Source: a bacterium
Lineage (GTDB): Bacteria; Zhuqueibacterota; Zhuqueibacteria; Oceanimicrobiales; Oceanimicrobiaceae
NCBI GenBank assembly: GCA_046757525.1
Contig: JBHHYI010000005.1
Location: forward strand, 1-57,989
Direction of reading: 5' to 3'
DNA: 57,989 nucleotides
Below, one piece after another: positions 1 to 8,821 of this stretch. Below the pieces are notes generated by a model, which worked only from the letters and a program-made list of their open reading frames with translations, was not told the DNA's origin and made no database searches. The position numbers were made by a program, and so were the translations under genes. Positions within the stretch are counted from its first letter, which is position 1; each line of letters starts with the position of its first letter.

Positions 1-222
1 CTTTTTTAAAGGGGGACGGTTTTTGAAGCGTCCAGCGAAAAAACCAGGGGGATTTTAGGAGGCGTCCTGAAATCCCAAGCCAAGGTGCTATCAGCCAGAC
101 ATCCCTCTGATTTTCGCTCTGGACGAGCGAAAATCTGTCTCCCTTACAAAGGGAGAATTAGCCTATGGAAAAACACGCTACGCAAACGAGACGTTTGCGT
201 TACTAAGAGATAGGCGTTTCCA
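1..222. repeat. Dispersed multi-hairpin repeat, family A copy 1 (truncated by window start)
   Basis: 1-158 is near-identical to 6641-6797, with looser similarity to about 222/6860; internal hairpins such as GATTTTCGCTC/GAGCGAAAATC. Confidence 0.9.
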
Positions 223-286
223 GAGAGCTAAAGTTAGACGCAGGAAACCCCTTCATGCAAATCTTCCGGCCCAACACGCACACCAA

Positions 287-438
287 GTACATCATTTCAC
301 ACTTACGATGACCGTATTGTGTCATTTTCATTTCTTAGCAATTCTTATTTCAGACAGAACAACAGGATAAACAAGATTGAAGACATCCTGTTCATCCTGT
401 TAAAATTCTCTTGTCACTGCAATTGTGAAATGAGGTAC
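287..438. mobile_element. Putative MITE-like element
   Basis: Terminal inverted repeats GTACATCATTTCACA (287-301) and TGTGAAATGAGGTAC (424-438), 14/15 match; internal AACAGGAT..ATCCTGTT palindrome at 361-401. Confidence 0.45.
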
Positions 439-512
439 AAAGCTGCAGAACGCCCGGCCAGGTACGACTGGCCGCGGCGAGCCTTCTGTTTTAGACCGGC
501 TCTAACTTTTGG

Positions 513-541
513 TTGACAATCAGCCTGCAATTTAATATTTT
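513..541 (+). promoter_or_regulatory. Sigma-70 type promoter
   Basis: TTGACA-17 nt-TATTTT upstream of 628. Confidence 0.5.
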
Positions 542-627
542 TCCCCCAGCTTTGAGACAGGGTGCAATTGTTAATCAATGGCTTCTAAGTTTTGTGGAAG
601 CACTACCCTTAAAATAAGGAGGCGATC

Positions 628-1392
628 TTGATCAATCAGAACAACAATCGACTGGTCCTAATTGTCAGACTTTTGTGTCTATGCCTGTTCATTAGCTATG
701 CGCCCACCACCAGTGCGCAAAGCAACCAAGAAATGTCCCGGGACCTAAAGTGGATCACCCAGTCTGTGGAGTACGTTGCCTTGTGCACCCAGGTCTACAA
801 CAATGCCTGGCAGGCGGTGCAACGGGCCGCTCAGAACGAATCGCGGGATTGGGTGGTGGTGCTCGACGTGGACGAAACGGTGCTGGACAATTCGCAGTAT
901 GCCGTGGAACGAAGAGCGATCGGCGCTGACTACACACCCGAATCCTGGGCCAAATGGGTTTTCCGCAAAGAGGCCACTCTGGTTCCGGGTGCAAAAAAGT
1001 TCATCGACCGTGTGCGAAGTTTGGGTGAGCTGGCTCACATCGCTTACATAACCAACCGCAGGTTCGAACATGAACAAGCCACCTTTGAAAACTTGCAGAA
1101 ATACGACCTGTTTAAACCGGGCGACATCATCTTGACCAGAAAGGGACGGGAGGACACCAAAGCTAAACGGCGTCGCTGCCTCGAAACAGGTACGGGTCGC
1201 TGCCAGGACTCCGGCCCGCTGGTCATCTTAGCCTTGATCGGAGACAACATCCGCGACATCATGCCCGTGCGAGGGCTGGAGCAAGCCAGAGCATTGCGTC
1301 AGGAAAAAGTACCTGAGGACCCCAATTGGGGCGTAAAGTATTTCATCCTTCCCAATCCGACCTACGGTTCCTGGGTACGGGATTATCGGTAG
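628..1392 (+). CDS. Exported HAD acid phosphatase / 5'-nucleotidase (e(P4)-like, class C)
   Basis: DVDETVLDNS, YITNR, GDN and LPNPTYGSW motifs; signal peptide; AAGGAGG before TTG start. Confidence 0.88.
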   Translation: MINQNNNRLVLIVRLLCLCLFISYAPTTSAQSNQEMSRDLKWITQSVEYVALCTQVYNNAWQAVQRAAQNESRDWVVVLDVDETVLDNSQYAVERRAIGADYTPESWAKWVFRKEATLVPGAKKFIDRVRSLGELAHIAYITNRRFEHEQATFENLQKYDLFKPGDIILTRKGREDTKAKRRRCLETGTGRCQDSGPLVILALIGDNIRDIMPVRGLEQARALRQEKVPEDPNWGVKYFILPNPTYGSWVRDYR

Positions 1393-1411
1393 CTTTCAAC
1401 AGAAATTTGTT

Positions 1412-1440
1412 TTGACTTTGCACCCGCGTATCCTTATATT
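1412..1440 (+). promoter_or_regulatory. Sigma-70 type promoter of dapF
   Basis: TTGACT-17 nt-TATATT. Confidence 0.55.
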
Positions 1441-1471
1441 TTGAAGTATAATAAAGGTTAAAGCGCAGAGG

Positions 1472-2278
1472 ATGAACCGTCTCGCCAAAATTCCCTTCGT
1501 CAAAATTTCCGCTACCGGCAACGACTTTATTCTGTTCGACAATCGGGAAAAGATGTTTACCGGCGCGGAAGGGGATTTTTTCCGAAAGATTTGCCAGCGT
1601 AGAAGTTGGGTCGGCGCGGACGGTGTTTTGCTCATCGAAAACAGCCAAGATTTCGATTTCCAAATGCGCTACTTTAATTCAGATGGTCGCGAATCCGAAA
1701 TGTGCGGCAACGGCGCCCGCGGTGCCGCTTATTTCGCGTTACAGCAAGGCATCGTGCCAGGTCCGAAAATGTCCTTCACCGTGAGTTCCAACCGCTACGA
1801 AGCCACCGTGCAAGAGAATCGGGTGCGGCTCAAAATGCCGCCACCACGGGACATTCGCAAAAACCTGGGGATTGTGGAGGAGAGCTTTTTGCGCGAAGGG
1901 GGATTTGTAAACACGGGCGTGCCGCACTTTGTGCTATTCACAGATGATCTGGAAAGTTTAGAAATTTTGACGCCTGCCCAGAAATATCGTTATCACCCCA
2001 TCTTCCAGCCCAAAGGAACCAACGTCGATTTTGTGCAAGTCGTGGACCGAAGCAGAATCAACGTGCGCACCTACGAACGCGGCGTGGAGGGGGAAACTCT
2101 CGCCTGCGGGACCGGCTGCGTGGCTGCGGCCGTGGTCGCTTCCCTGCGCAAGCTCACCGGGCTGCCCGTGGAAGTGGTTACCCGTGGCGGCGTTCTCAAA
2201 GTGTACGGCGACAGCGCAGAGGCCTCTTTGTTTCTGGAGGGCGAGGTGCGAATAGTTTACGAAGGGAGATTGCTTTGA
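1472..2278 (+). CDS. dapF: Diaminopimelate epimerase
   Basis: GNDF, MCGNG, TGVPH, ERGVEGETLACGTG motifs. Confidence 0.97.
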   Translation: MNRLAKIPFVKISATGNDFILFDNREKMFTGAEGDFFRKICQRRSWVGADGVLLIENSQDFDFQMRYFNSDGRESEMCGNGARGAAYFALQQGIVPGPKMSFTVSSNRYEATVQENRVRLKMPPPRDIRKNLGIVEESFLREGGFVNTGVPHFVLFTDDLESLEILTPAQKYRYHPIFQPKGTNVDFVQVVDRSRINVRTYERGVEGETLACGTGCVAAAVVASLRKLTGLPVEVVTRGGVLKVYGDSAEASLFLEGEVRIVYEGRLL

Positions 2279-2432
2279 AGGCGTGAAGGGGCTGCCCACC
2301 AGGGAATGAGCTTCATCCCGGCGAAGTCGAGGGAGAATGTTGCCAAGAACAATAAGGTTTCTCGACTTCCCTCAACACGAAGAACCGCCAGACGGCTCTG
2401 TTGCGGACAGTCCCAATCAGTGAGGCAGCGTC

Positions 2433-2915
2433 ATGAACAAGATCATCATCGACGGCTACAACATGATTCATCTGGTGCCCGACTTGCGCCGCTTTTTGGA
2501 CGAAAGCTTAGAGCGCGCCCGGGAGGAATTGATTCTGCATCTGCGGTCCTATTTGATGCGTAGCAAAGTCGGAATCACCCTGGTTTTCGATGGAGCCTAC
2601 GCCGTTTTGGACAGTCACGACCAGCAGCCAACCCCAAGGCTGACTGTTTTGTTTTCACGGCATCCATTCAAAGCCGACCCGCTCATCAAACTACTGATTG
2701 CAAAAGAACAGAACAAGAAAAACATAATCCTGGTCACGAAAGACAATGATATCATCCATTTTGCGAGATCGAACCACGTGCAGGTTTTGTCGCCCGCAGC
2801 TTTTTATGATCGCATTGAAAAACGCTTCAAAAGAAAAGAGCTGCACAACAAGTTCGATAAAGACTTGACCGCCGAAGAGCTCGCCGAATGGCTTGAGATT
2901 TTTGGTGAAAAGTGA
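2433..2915 (+). CDS. NYN-domain (YacP-like) ribonuclease family protein
   Basis: IIDGYN, VFDG, AD..I, LVT.D motifs. Confidence 0.85.
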   Translation: MNKIIIDGYNMIHLVPDLRRFLDESLERAREELILHLRSYLMRSKVGITLVFDGAYAVLDSHDQQPTPRLTVLFSRHPFKADPLIKLLIAKEQNKKNIILVTKDNDIIHFARSNHVQVLSPAAFYDRIEKRFKRKELHNKFDKDLTAEELAEWLEIFGEK

Positions 2916-4282
2916 CCGCTGGAGGAACCAAGCAATCTGCGAGCATGGATGAAAGAATACTGCATCGACGCAAAGCTCTGGTCACAGGCCTGGTTTTACT
3001 CACCTGCCTGGTTTTGCTGGGATTTATCTTCGGGAGCTGGAATTTTCTGCAAAAGATGGGCAACTTTTTGGAACAAGAGCTGGCGCTGCGCCTGCGATCG
3101 GTGGCCAGTTTGACCGCCGAGGTCGTTGAATCGGGCAATTTCACCAATTTCATCGAGAACCAGCAGTTGTCTCTCGTGCTCCCCTCGTTGACTTCTGTTT
3201 TGTCTGGTGTTGACAAAGAAAACCAATTGCAGGGCGTTTATCTGGTGGACGACTCCTACCGGGTCATTGCCAGCAGCCGCGACATTTTCTCGCCGGGCGA
3301 AAGACTCACTTTTTTGGCCGAAGACAGCCTGGCTTTCTCCAGGGCGGTCCTCGGGATCCCGGCCGTTTCCCCGACGCATGTGATCGAAAACAATCGTTTC
3401 AAAAGCGCTTACGCTCCGGTGGTGGGGTCGCTGGACGATGTGGTGGCCGTGATCGTGGTGCAAGCCAGCGCGGATTTCTTTGATCTCCTGCGCGCTTTTA
3501 AACGAGGCTTGATCCTGACCGGAATCATCGGTTTTTCGGTCACCGTTCTGTTTTCTTTGTTTTTATTTTGGGCCATCTCCCTGCTCATCAAAACCCACGA
3601 GTCGTTGCGCAAAACGGAGCGCCTGGCCGCCATGGGACAGATGGCCGCCACCGTGGCCCATGAGATTCGCAATCCGCTTGGCATCATCAAAAGCACCGCG
3701 GACGTCTTGCAATCGAAATATGCAAACGAAGGGCAACCGGACGAACTGTTCGAGTTCATTCCCAGCGAGGTTCGCCGGCTCAATCGCTTGATTACAGATT
3801 TCCTCACCTTTGCTCGAGATCGCGACTTGGAGGTCAATGCCTCGGATATTCGCAGCACGGTTGAGAAGTCGCTCACTTCTCTGGAAGACGAGATTCATCA
3901 GGCCAAAGTGCAGTTAGAAAAAGATTTTGAACCCATGCCTTCGGTAAACCACGATGAGGATGCCATTAACCAGGTGCTATTGAACCTGACTTTCAACGCC
4001 ATTCACGCCATGAACGGCGGTGGCAATCTGTCTGTTCGCCTGAAAAAAGAAATGCGTAAAGGACGCCCTTACGCGAGAATAGAAATCGCAGACAACGGCT
4101 GCGGCATCGAGGGCGACCCGGAGAAGATCTTCGAGCCGTTCTACACCACCAAAACTTCCGGCAGCGGGCTGGGTTTGGCGATTTGTAAGCGCCTCATCGA
4201 AAAGCACGGCGGCTGGATCGAAGTCCACAGTGGGAAAGGCAAAGGAACTACCATGCGGTTCTATTTACCGGCTGAGCAGTGA
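2912..4282 (+). CDS. Membrane sensor histidine kinase (NtrB/ZraS-like)
   Basis: Two TM segments around an extracytoplasmic domain; AHEIRNPL H-box, N-box, DNGCG, GSGLGL. Confidence 0.95.
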   Translation: MTAGGTKQSASMDERILHRRKALVTGLVLLTCLVLLGFIFGSWNFLQKMGNFLEQELALRLRSVASLTAEVVESGNFTNFIENQQLSLVLPSLTSVLSGVDKENQLQGVYLVDDSYRVIASSRDIFSPGERLTFLAEDSLAFSRAVLGIPAVSPTHVIENNRFKSAYAPVVGSLDDVVAVIVVQASADFFDLLRAFKRGLILTGIIGFSVTVLFSLFLFWAISLLIKTHESLRKTERLAAMGQMAATVAHEIRNPLGIIKSTADVLQSKYANEGQPDELFEFIPSEVRRLNRLITDFLTFARDRDLEVNASDIRSTVEKSLTSLEDEIHQAKVQLEKDFEPMPSVNHDEDAINQVLLNLTFNAIHAMNGGGNLSVRLKKEMRKGRPYARIEIADNGCGIEGDPEKIFEPFYTTKTSGSGLGLAICKRLIEKHGGWIEVHSGKGKGTTMRFYLPAEQ

Positions 4283-4391
4283 GTTCAGGATGCCAGGTCA
4301 GATGACTTCGGGGGACTATGCCATACTTTCATTTTTGACTATTTTTTTGTATATTTTGAATAGTAATCCGTAAACTCAGTTTGGAGTTGTT

Positions 4392-4634
4392 ATGAAACAA
4401 AAAGACCTAATTGCGAGAATCACTGTAAATCCCCAAGTATTGGTTGGAAAACCCACTATTCGTGGCCTACGAATTTCAGTCGCACAAATATTAAATGCTT
4501 TAGCCAACAATGTTTCGGTTTCCGATTTATTGAAAGATTACCCAGAGCTTGAACCGGAAGACATTCAAGCGGTTCTGGCGTACGCTGCTCAAAGAATTGA
4601 AGAAGAAAAAATTTTTAGGGTAGAAGTAGCTTGA
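4392..4634 (+). CDS. DUF433 family antitoxin
   Basis: RITVNPQVLVGKPTIRGLRISV and DYPELEPEDIQAVLAYA. Confidence 0.92.
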   Translation: MKQKDLIARITVNPQVLVGKPTIRGLRISVAQILNALANNVSVSDLLKDYPELEPEDIQAVLAYAAQRIEEEKIFRVEVA

Positions 4635-4996
4635 ATTCCAAGCCAAAGTTCTTATTCGATGTGGGGGTAGGTAAGATCGTTGAAACATAGGTGGAATCTC
4701 AAGGATATGAAGTTTTACCTGTTCGGAACATTAATCCCAAAATGTCGGATGAAGACATTTTGAAAATTGCCAATAGAGACCAACGAATCTTGGTTACAAT
4801 GGATAAAGATTTTGGGGAGTTGGTCTTTCGACGAAGAAAAGGGCAACATGGTGTTCTGTTGCTACGTTTAGACGACGCAAATAGCGACGAAAAATTGGCT
4901 GTTGTGAAAGAGCTTTTCGATAAGCATCTCGATAAGCTGACAGGAAACTTTTGTGTGTACCAAAATCGATCTTTAAGGGTACGACCGATCAACTAA
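4631..4996 (+). pseudogene. DUF5615 / PIN-like toxin with in-frame TAG at codon 20
   Basis: Frame from TTG 4631 reads MNSKPKFLFDVGVGKIVET*VESQGY..., TAG at 4688-4690; downstream DEDIL..A...RILVTMDKDFGEL. Confidence 0.8.
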
Positions 4997-5016
4997 GTAA
5001 ATAGGACAAGCTCGCC

Positions 5017-6378
5017 ATGCCGCAAGGAAACATTCTCATCATCGACGACGAACCCAAGATGTGCAAAGTGCTGAAGTTTGCTCTGGAACCGGAAGGCTAT
5101 TCCGTGAGCACGGCTGAAAACGCTGAAGCCGGTCTGGAAAAGTTTAGCCAGAACACTTTTGATCTGGTAGTGACCGATCTAAAAATGCCAGGTAAGGATG
5201 GACTGTTCGTGTTGGGCTCTGTGAAAAAACAGAAGCCACAGACGGAAGTCATACTCATGACCGCTTATGCCACGGCACAGAACGCCGTGGAGGCCATGAA
5301 AAAGGGCGCCTACGACTACATCATCAAACCGTTTGAAATGGATGAGCTGAAGCTCAAAGTCCGCCACATCATGGAAAAACGGCGGTTGGCGGAAGAAAAT
5401 GTGCAGCTCAAGCAAGAGCTTAAAGACAAATACTCGCTGGAAAACATGATCGGCCAGAGCGGCATCATGCAGGAAGTTTACAAGATGGTGGAACGGGTGG
5501 CTCCCACCGATGCCACCGTGCTCATCCGCGGAGAAAGCGGCACCGGCAAAGAGCTCGTGGCCCAGGCCATTCATCAGTTGAGCCCTCGGTCCGCAGAACC
5601 GTTTGTGGCCGTGAACTGCGGCGCCCTGCCTGAGAATCTCCTGGAAAGCGAACTCTTTGGCCACGAAAAAGGAGCGTTTACCGGCGCAGACAAACTAAAA
5701 GTCGGGCGCTTCGAACTCGCCGGCAACGGCACGATTTTTTTAGACGAGATCGGTGACGTTTCACTCACAACCCAAATCAAACTCCTGCGCGTGTTGCAAA
5801 ACAAACTCATCGAACGGCTGGGAGGCACCAGGACCATTCAAACCAAAGCGCGAACCATTGCCGCCACCAATCGCAATCTGGAAGAAGCCCTGAAAGACGG
5901 GTCTTTTCGTGAGGACTTGTACTACCGCATCAACGTTTTCCCTATTACCTTGCCACCGCTTAGAGAAAGGAAAGAAGACATTCCCGCGTTGGTTTCTCAT
6001 TTTCTCAAGAAGCTTGGTCAGGCGGAAAACGCCATTGAAAGCAACGCGCTCGAGCTCTTGATACACTACAGGTGGCCCGGCAATGTGCGGGAGCTGGAAA
6101 ACGTGGTGGAGCGTTCGGTGATCATGTCTGCCGGCGCCCCGATTAAAGCGGAGGATTTGCCGCCTCACATCAACGCCGCGCCAACCGCCGTGGGCGGCAC
6201 ATCTTTGCAGATTCCCAGCGAGGGCCTCTCTTTGGAAGAAGTCGAGAGGGACCTGATCAAGAACGCTCTGCTCAAGGCTGGGGGCAACAAAAGCAAAGCT
6301 GCCAAGTTGCTTGGAATTACTCGTAGAAAATTGTATTCCATGATGGAACGGTTAGAAGCCAGGCCGAAAAGTCCTTAG
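5017..6378 (+). CDS. Sigma-54-dependent response regulator (NtrC/ZraR family)
   Basis: Receiver domain, GESGTGKE, ESELFGHEKGAFTGA, WPGNVREL, C-terminal Fis-type HTH. Confidence 0.97.
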   Translation: MPQGNILIIDDEPKMCKVLKFALEPEGYSVSTAENAEAGLEKFSQNTFDLVVTDLKMPGKDGLFVLGSVKKQKPQTEVILMTAYATAQNAVEAMKKGAYDYIIKPFEMDELKLKVRHIMEKRRLAEENVQLKQELKDKYSLENMIGQSGIMQEVYKMVERVAPTDATVLIRGESGTGKELVAQAIHQLSPRSAEPFVAVNCGALPENLLESELFGHEKGAFTGADKLKVGRFELAGNGTIFLDEIGDVSLTTQIKLLRVLQNKLIERLGGTRTIQTKARTIAATNRNLEEALKDGSFREDLYYRINVFPITLPPLRERKEDIPALVSHFLKKLGQAENAIESNALELLIHYRWPGNVRELENVVERSVIMSAGAPIKAEDLPPHINAAPTAVGGTSLQIPSEGLSLEEVERDLIKNALLKAGGNKSKAAKLLGITRRKLYSMMERLEARPKSP

Positions 6379-6441
6379 AAGCCATGGCAAACCCGATGCA
6401 TCGGGATTGCTTTAAATGTCGGAAACGCCAAAGGCAGCCTT

Positions 6442-6510
6442 GTCATGCTGGAGGCATCTTGTTACAGATCAGCACGGTGCAGCCAGCTAACAAGATTCCT
6501 CCTGAATGAC
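6442..6510. repeat. Palindromic REP/RPE-like element
   Basis: GTCATGCTGGAGGCATCTTGTTA ... TAACAAGATTCCTCCTGAATGAC imperfect inverted repeat. Confidence 0.65.
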
Positions 6511-6543
6511 AACCGGGGGCTGTGATAAAGGACGGAGACAGCG

Positions 6544-6632
6544 AGGCATTTCCGGAAAGCAATGTGCGAGTCATCCCGAGTAGGTCGCTGCTTCTCAAGC
6601 GACCGTATCGAGGGGTGACGGGCTTCGATACG
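6544..6632. repeat. Dispersed structured repeat, family B copy 1 (right half missing)
   Basis: 6560-6623 nearly identical to 16600-16663. Confidence 0.85.
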
Positions 6633-6635
6633 AAA

Positions 6636-6860
6636 TCCCCCTTTTTGAAGGGGGACGGTTGTTGAAGCGTCCAGCGAAAAAACCAGGGGGATTTTAGGAG
6701 GCGTCCTGAAATCCCAAGCCAAGGTGCTGTCGGCCAGACATCCCTCTGATTTTCGCTCTGAACGAGCGAAAATCTGTCTCCCTTCAAAGGGAGAATTGGC
6801 TGTGTGAAAAGAGGCTGCGCAATCGCGACGATTGCGTTACGTACACAAGAGCGTTTCCTA
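6636..6860. repeat. Dispersed multi-hairpin repeat, family A copy 2
   Basis: Matches 1-222; begins with the TCCCCCTTTTTGAAGGGGGA palindrome. Confidence 0.9.
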
Positions 6861-6874
6861 AAAGAGGAAAGTAA

Positions 6875-6914
6875 TGCACCTTGGCGTACACTCCCGTATG
6901 TACCAAATGGTGCA
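6875..6914. promoter_or_regulatory. Tandem palindromic enhancer (activator-binding) sites
   Basis: TGCACC-TTGG-CGTACA (6875-6890) and TGTACC-AAAT-GGTGCA (6899-6914), resembling NtrC boxes, 100-140 bp upstream of a -24/-12 element. Confidence 0.7.
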
Positions 6915-7012
6915 AAAAAGTTGCCATGGCTGGCGGCCCCGCCTCGAGAAAGCCATCCATAATCCTAATATTAATAACTAAATAGAAACTTTTACTATCC
7001 AGGTGACGCCAG

Positions 7013-7028
7013 TGGCATCTCTTTTGCT
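7013..7028 (+). promoter_or_regulatory. Sigma-54 (-24/-12) promoter
   Basis: TGGCATCTCTTTTGCT: GG-N10-GC with near-consensus flanks, 66 nt before ATG 7095. Confidence 0.82.
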
Positions 7029-7094
7029 TAATGGTTGAGAAGCAAAATAGAGGCAAGCAATCCTTGTTTTTGGATTACTTGAGAGGTAAGAAAT

Positions 7095-8621
7095 ATGCGA
7101 AATTCTTTTCAAAAAACTTTCACGCGGCTGCTCGTGCTTTGTCTTGTCGTTGCCGTGGCAGATTTGGGCTTTGGGCAAACCAGGAACGATCTGGAGGCCT
7201 CGTTGAACAAGCTGAAGACGGAATTGGAGTCCATTGGCAGGCTGATTCATTCTCTGGGAAATCAGGAGGCCAAATCACTCTTAAAGCGTGCACGAACCCT
7301 GGGCGAAGAAGCCAATACAGCCATTACCGACCACAAATTCGCGCTTGCCGGAGCTAAAATCAAATTGGCTTTTTCTCTGTTAGAGCAAGCGGTGAAGCTT
7401 ACGCTCAATGGCCCGGTGAATCGACTGCGCCGGGAACTCAACGACTTGATGCGGAAGGCGGATAATTTGGTGATTGGCACCGGGCACAAAGAGTCTGAAC
7501 GCATCCTGCAGGAAGCCAAGAAAAATCAGCGTGCGGCTGAACGAGCCTTTGTTGCCAAGAATTTCAAACGGGCGGTCGATCACTACCGGGCCTCCATCAC
7601 CTTGACGCAGCGGGCCATCGACCAGGTTAAGCAATCCCCATTGTCCCAATTGGACAGAATCAAAGAGGAGAAAAATCGATTTGAAACGTTACGAGCTCGT
7701 GCCCAGGAAGTTCTCGAAAAACATCACAATCCAAAAGCGCAGCAGATTCTTAACCAGGCCTTGAGATTGTTTGAATCGGCAGATGAAGCCTTGCGCAACA
7801 GAAAATTCGAGTCAGCCAAGTCTTTGTTTAATCAGAGCATTCTGCTGCTACTCCGGGCCATGGATATTGCCGGTGGGCAAACCCCGTCGGTCAACACGCA
7901 AGTGCAGACTGCGGTAACTCGGTTGCAGAGCCTGATTGGGGAGTCCAGGCGGGTTGTTTTTAGGTCGAACAATCCCAGAGCCAAACTCCTTTTTGAACGC
8001 GCCCTTCGATTTGAAAGAGAGGCTGAGCTTGCGGCCAAAGAGAGTCGAAATTACGAGGCGCTCTGGAAGGTAAATTTGGCCGAGAACATGATAAAACGTG
8101 CCAAGAAAATTGCTAGCGGCCGAAGGCAGAGAAAATTTTCGGCCAAGCTTTCAGAAGAAATTGCCAATACCAGACAGGATATTAAGAGCTTCAATAGTCG
8201 CGTGGATCAAAATATCCAAAAAGACGCGCCGGTTTTGATCAAGATGGCGCAGTTTGCTGTCAACCGAGCCGACAAGGCGCACAAGGCCGGCTTTAACCGG
8301 TTAGCCCTGGAGGCGGTCCTGGCGGCACAGAGGTTTCTGTCGAAAGCGGAAGCCATCGCAAAGAACCAGGACACCGGCAACGTGACCGAAGACCTCTTGC
8401 GCGTGCGACTGAACCAGTTGAACCTGGCCCTGCAAGAAGCAGAGCGTCGCGTTGCCAATTCCGACACAAAGTGGAATGGTCAGCTCATCAACAGCGCCAA
8501 AGACATCAGACGAATGGCTGAGGAATCGCTGCAAAAGGGCAACTACCGTGCGGCCGACGAAGGCATTCAAGTTTCATTTGAATTGATTAGAAAGAGTTTG
8601 AAGAATATCTCCATTAATTAA
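7095..8621 (+). CDS. Exported all-alpha repeat protein, about six 75-80 aa three-helix units, unknown function
   Basis: Signal peptide; recurring A..LL..A......A..A......F..A pattern; GAGG RBS. Confidence 0.8.
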   Translation: MRNSFQKTFTRLLVLCLVVAVADLGFGQTRNDLEASLNKLKTELESIGRLIHSLGNQEAKSLLKRARTLGEEANTAITDHKFALAGAKIKLAFSLLEQAVKLTLNGPVNRLRRELNDLMRKADNLVIGTGHKESERILQEAKKNQRAAERAFVAKNFKRAVDHYRASITLTQRAIDQVKQSPLSQLDRIKEEKNRFETLRARAQEVLEKHHNPKAQQILNQALRLFESADEALRNRKFESAKSLFNQSILLLLRAMDIAGGQTPSVNTQVQTAVTRLQSLIGESRRVVFRSNNPRAKLLFERALRFEREAELAAKESRNYEALWKVNLAENMIKRAKKIASGRRQRKFSAKLSEEIANTRQDIKSFNSRVDQNIQKDAPVLIKMAQFAVNRADKAHKAGFNRLALEAVLAAQRFLSKAEAIAKNQDTGNVTEDLLRVRLNQLNLALQEAERRVANSDTKWNGQLINSAKDIRRMAEESLQKGNYRAADEGIQVSFELIRKSLKNISIN

Positions 8622-8821
8622 AAATCAGGCCCTTAAACTGAGAGGTTTCATTCCTCTCTGGAAAGGAGGTGAAGCAAAAAGTAAGACAGCAAACCCGCGG
8701 TAAAAAAGGAAACCCCGCCTGGCATCTGGCAACGCTCTTGTCCCTCGAGAGAGTTAACGCCGAGACGGGGAATCGCAAACTGTTTTTTAACCGAACAAAA
8801 CGTGTTAGGAGGTAATGATCA

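Noticed and set aside
2310..2372. Degenerate family B-like palindrome after dapF (GAAGTCGAG/CTCGACTTC)
   Set aside because: Too short and diverged to assign without a genome-wide model
6443..6787. ORFs over the repeat cluster (6443-6787, 6462-6722) and the 16677 start
   Set aside because: They are translations of palindromic repeats, with no RBS or family motif
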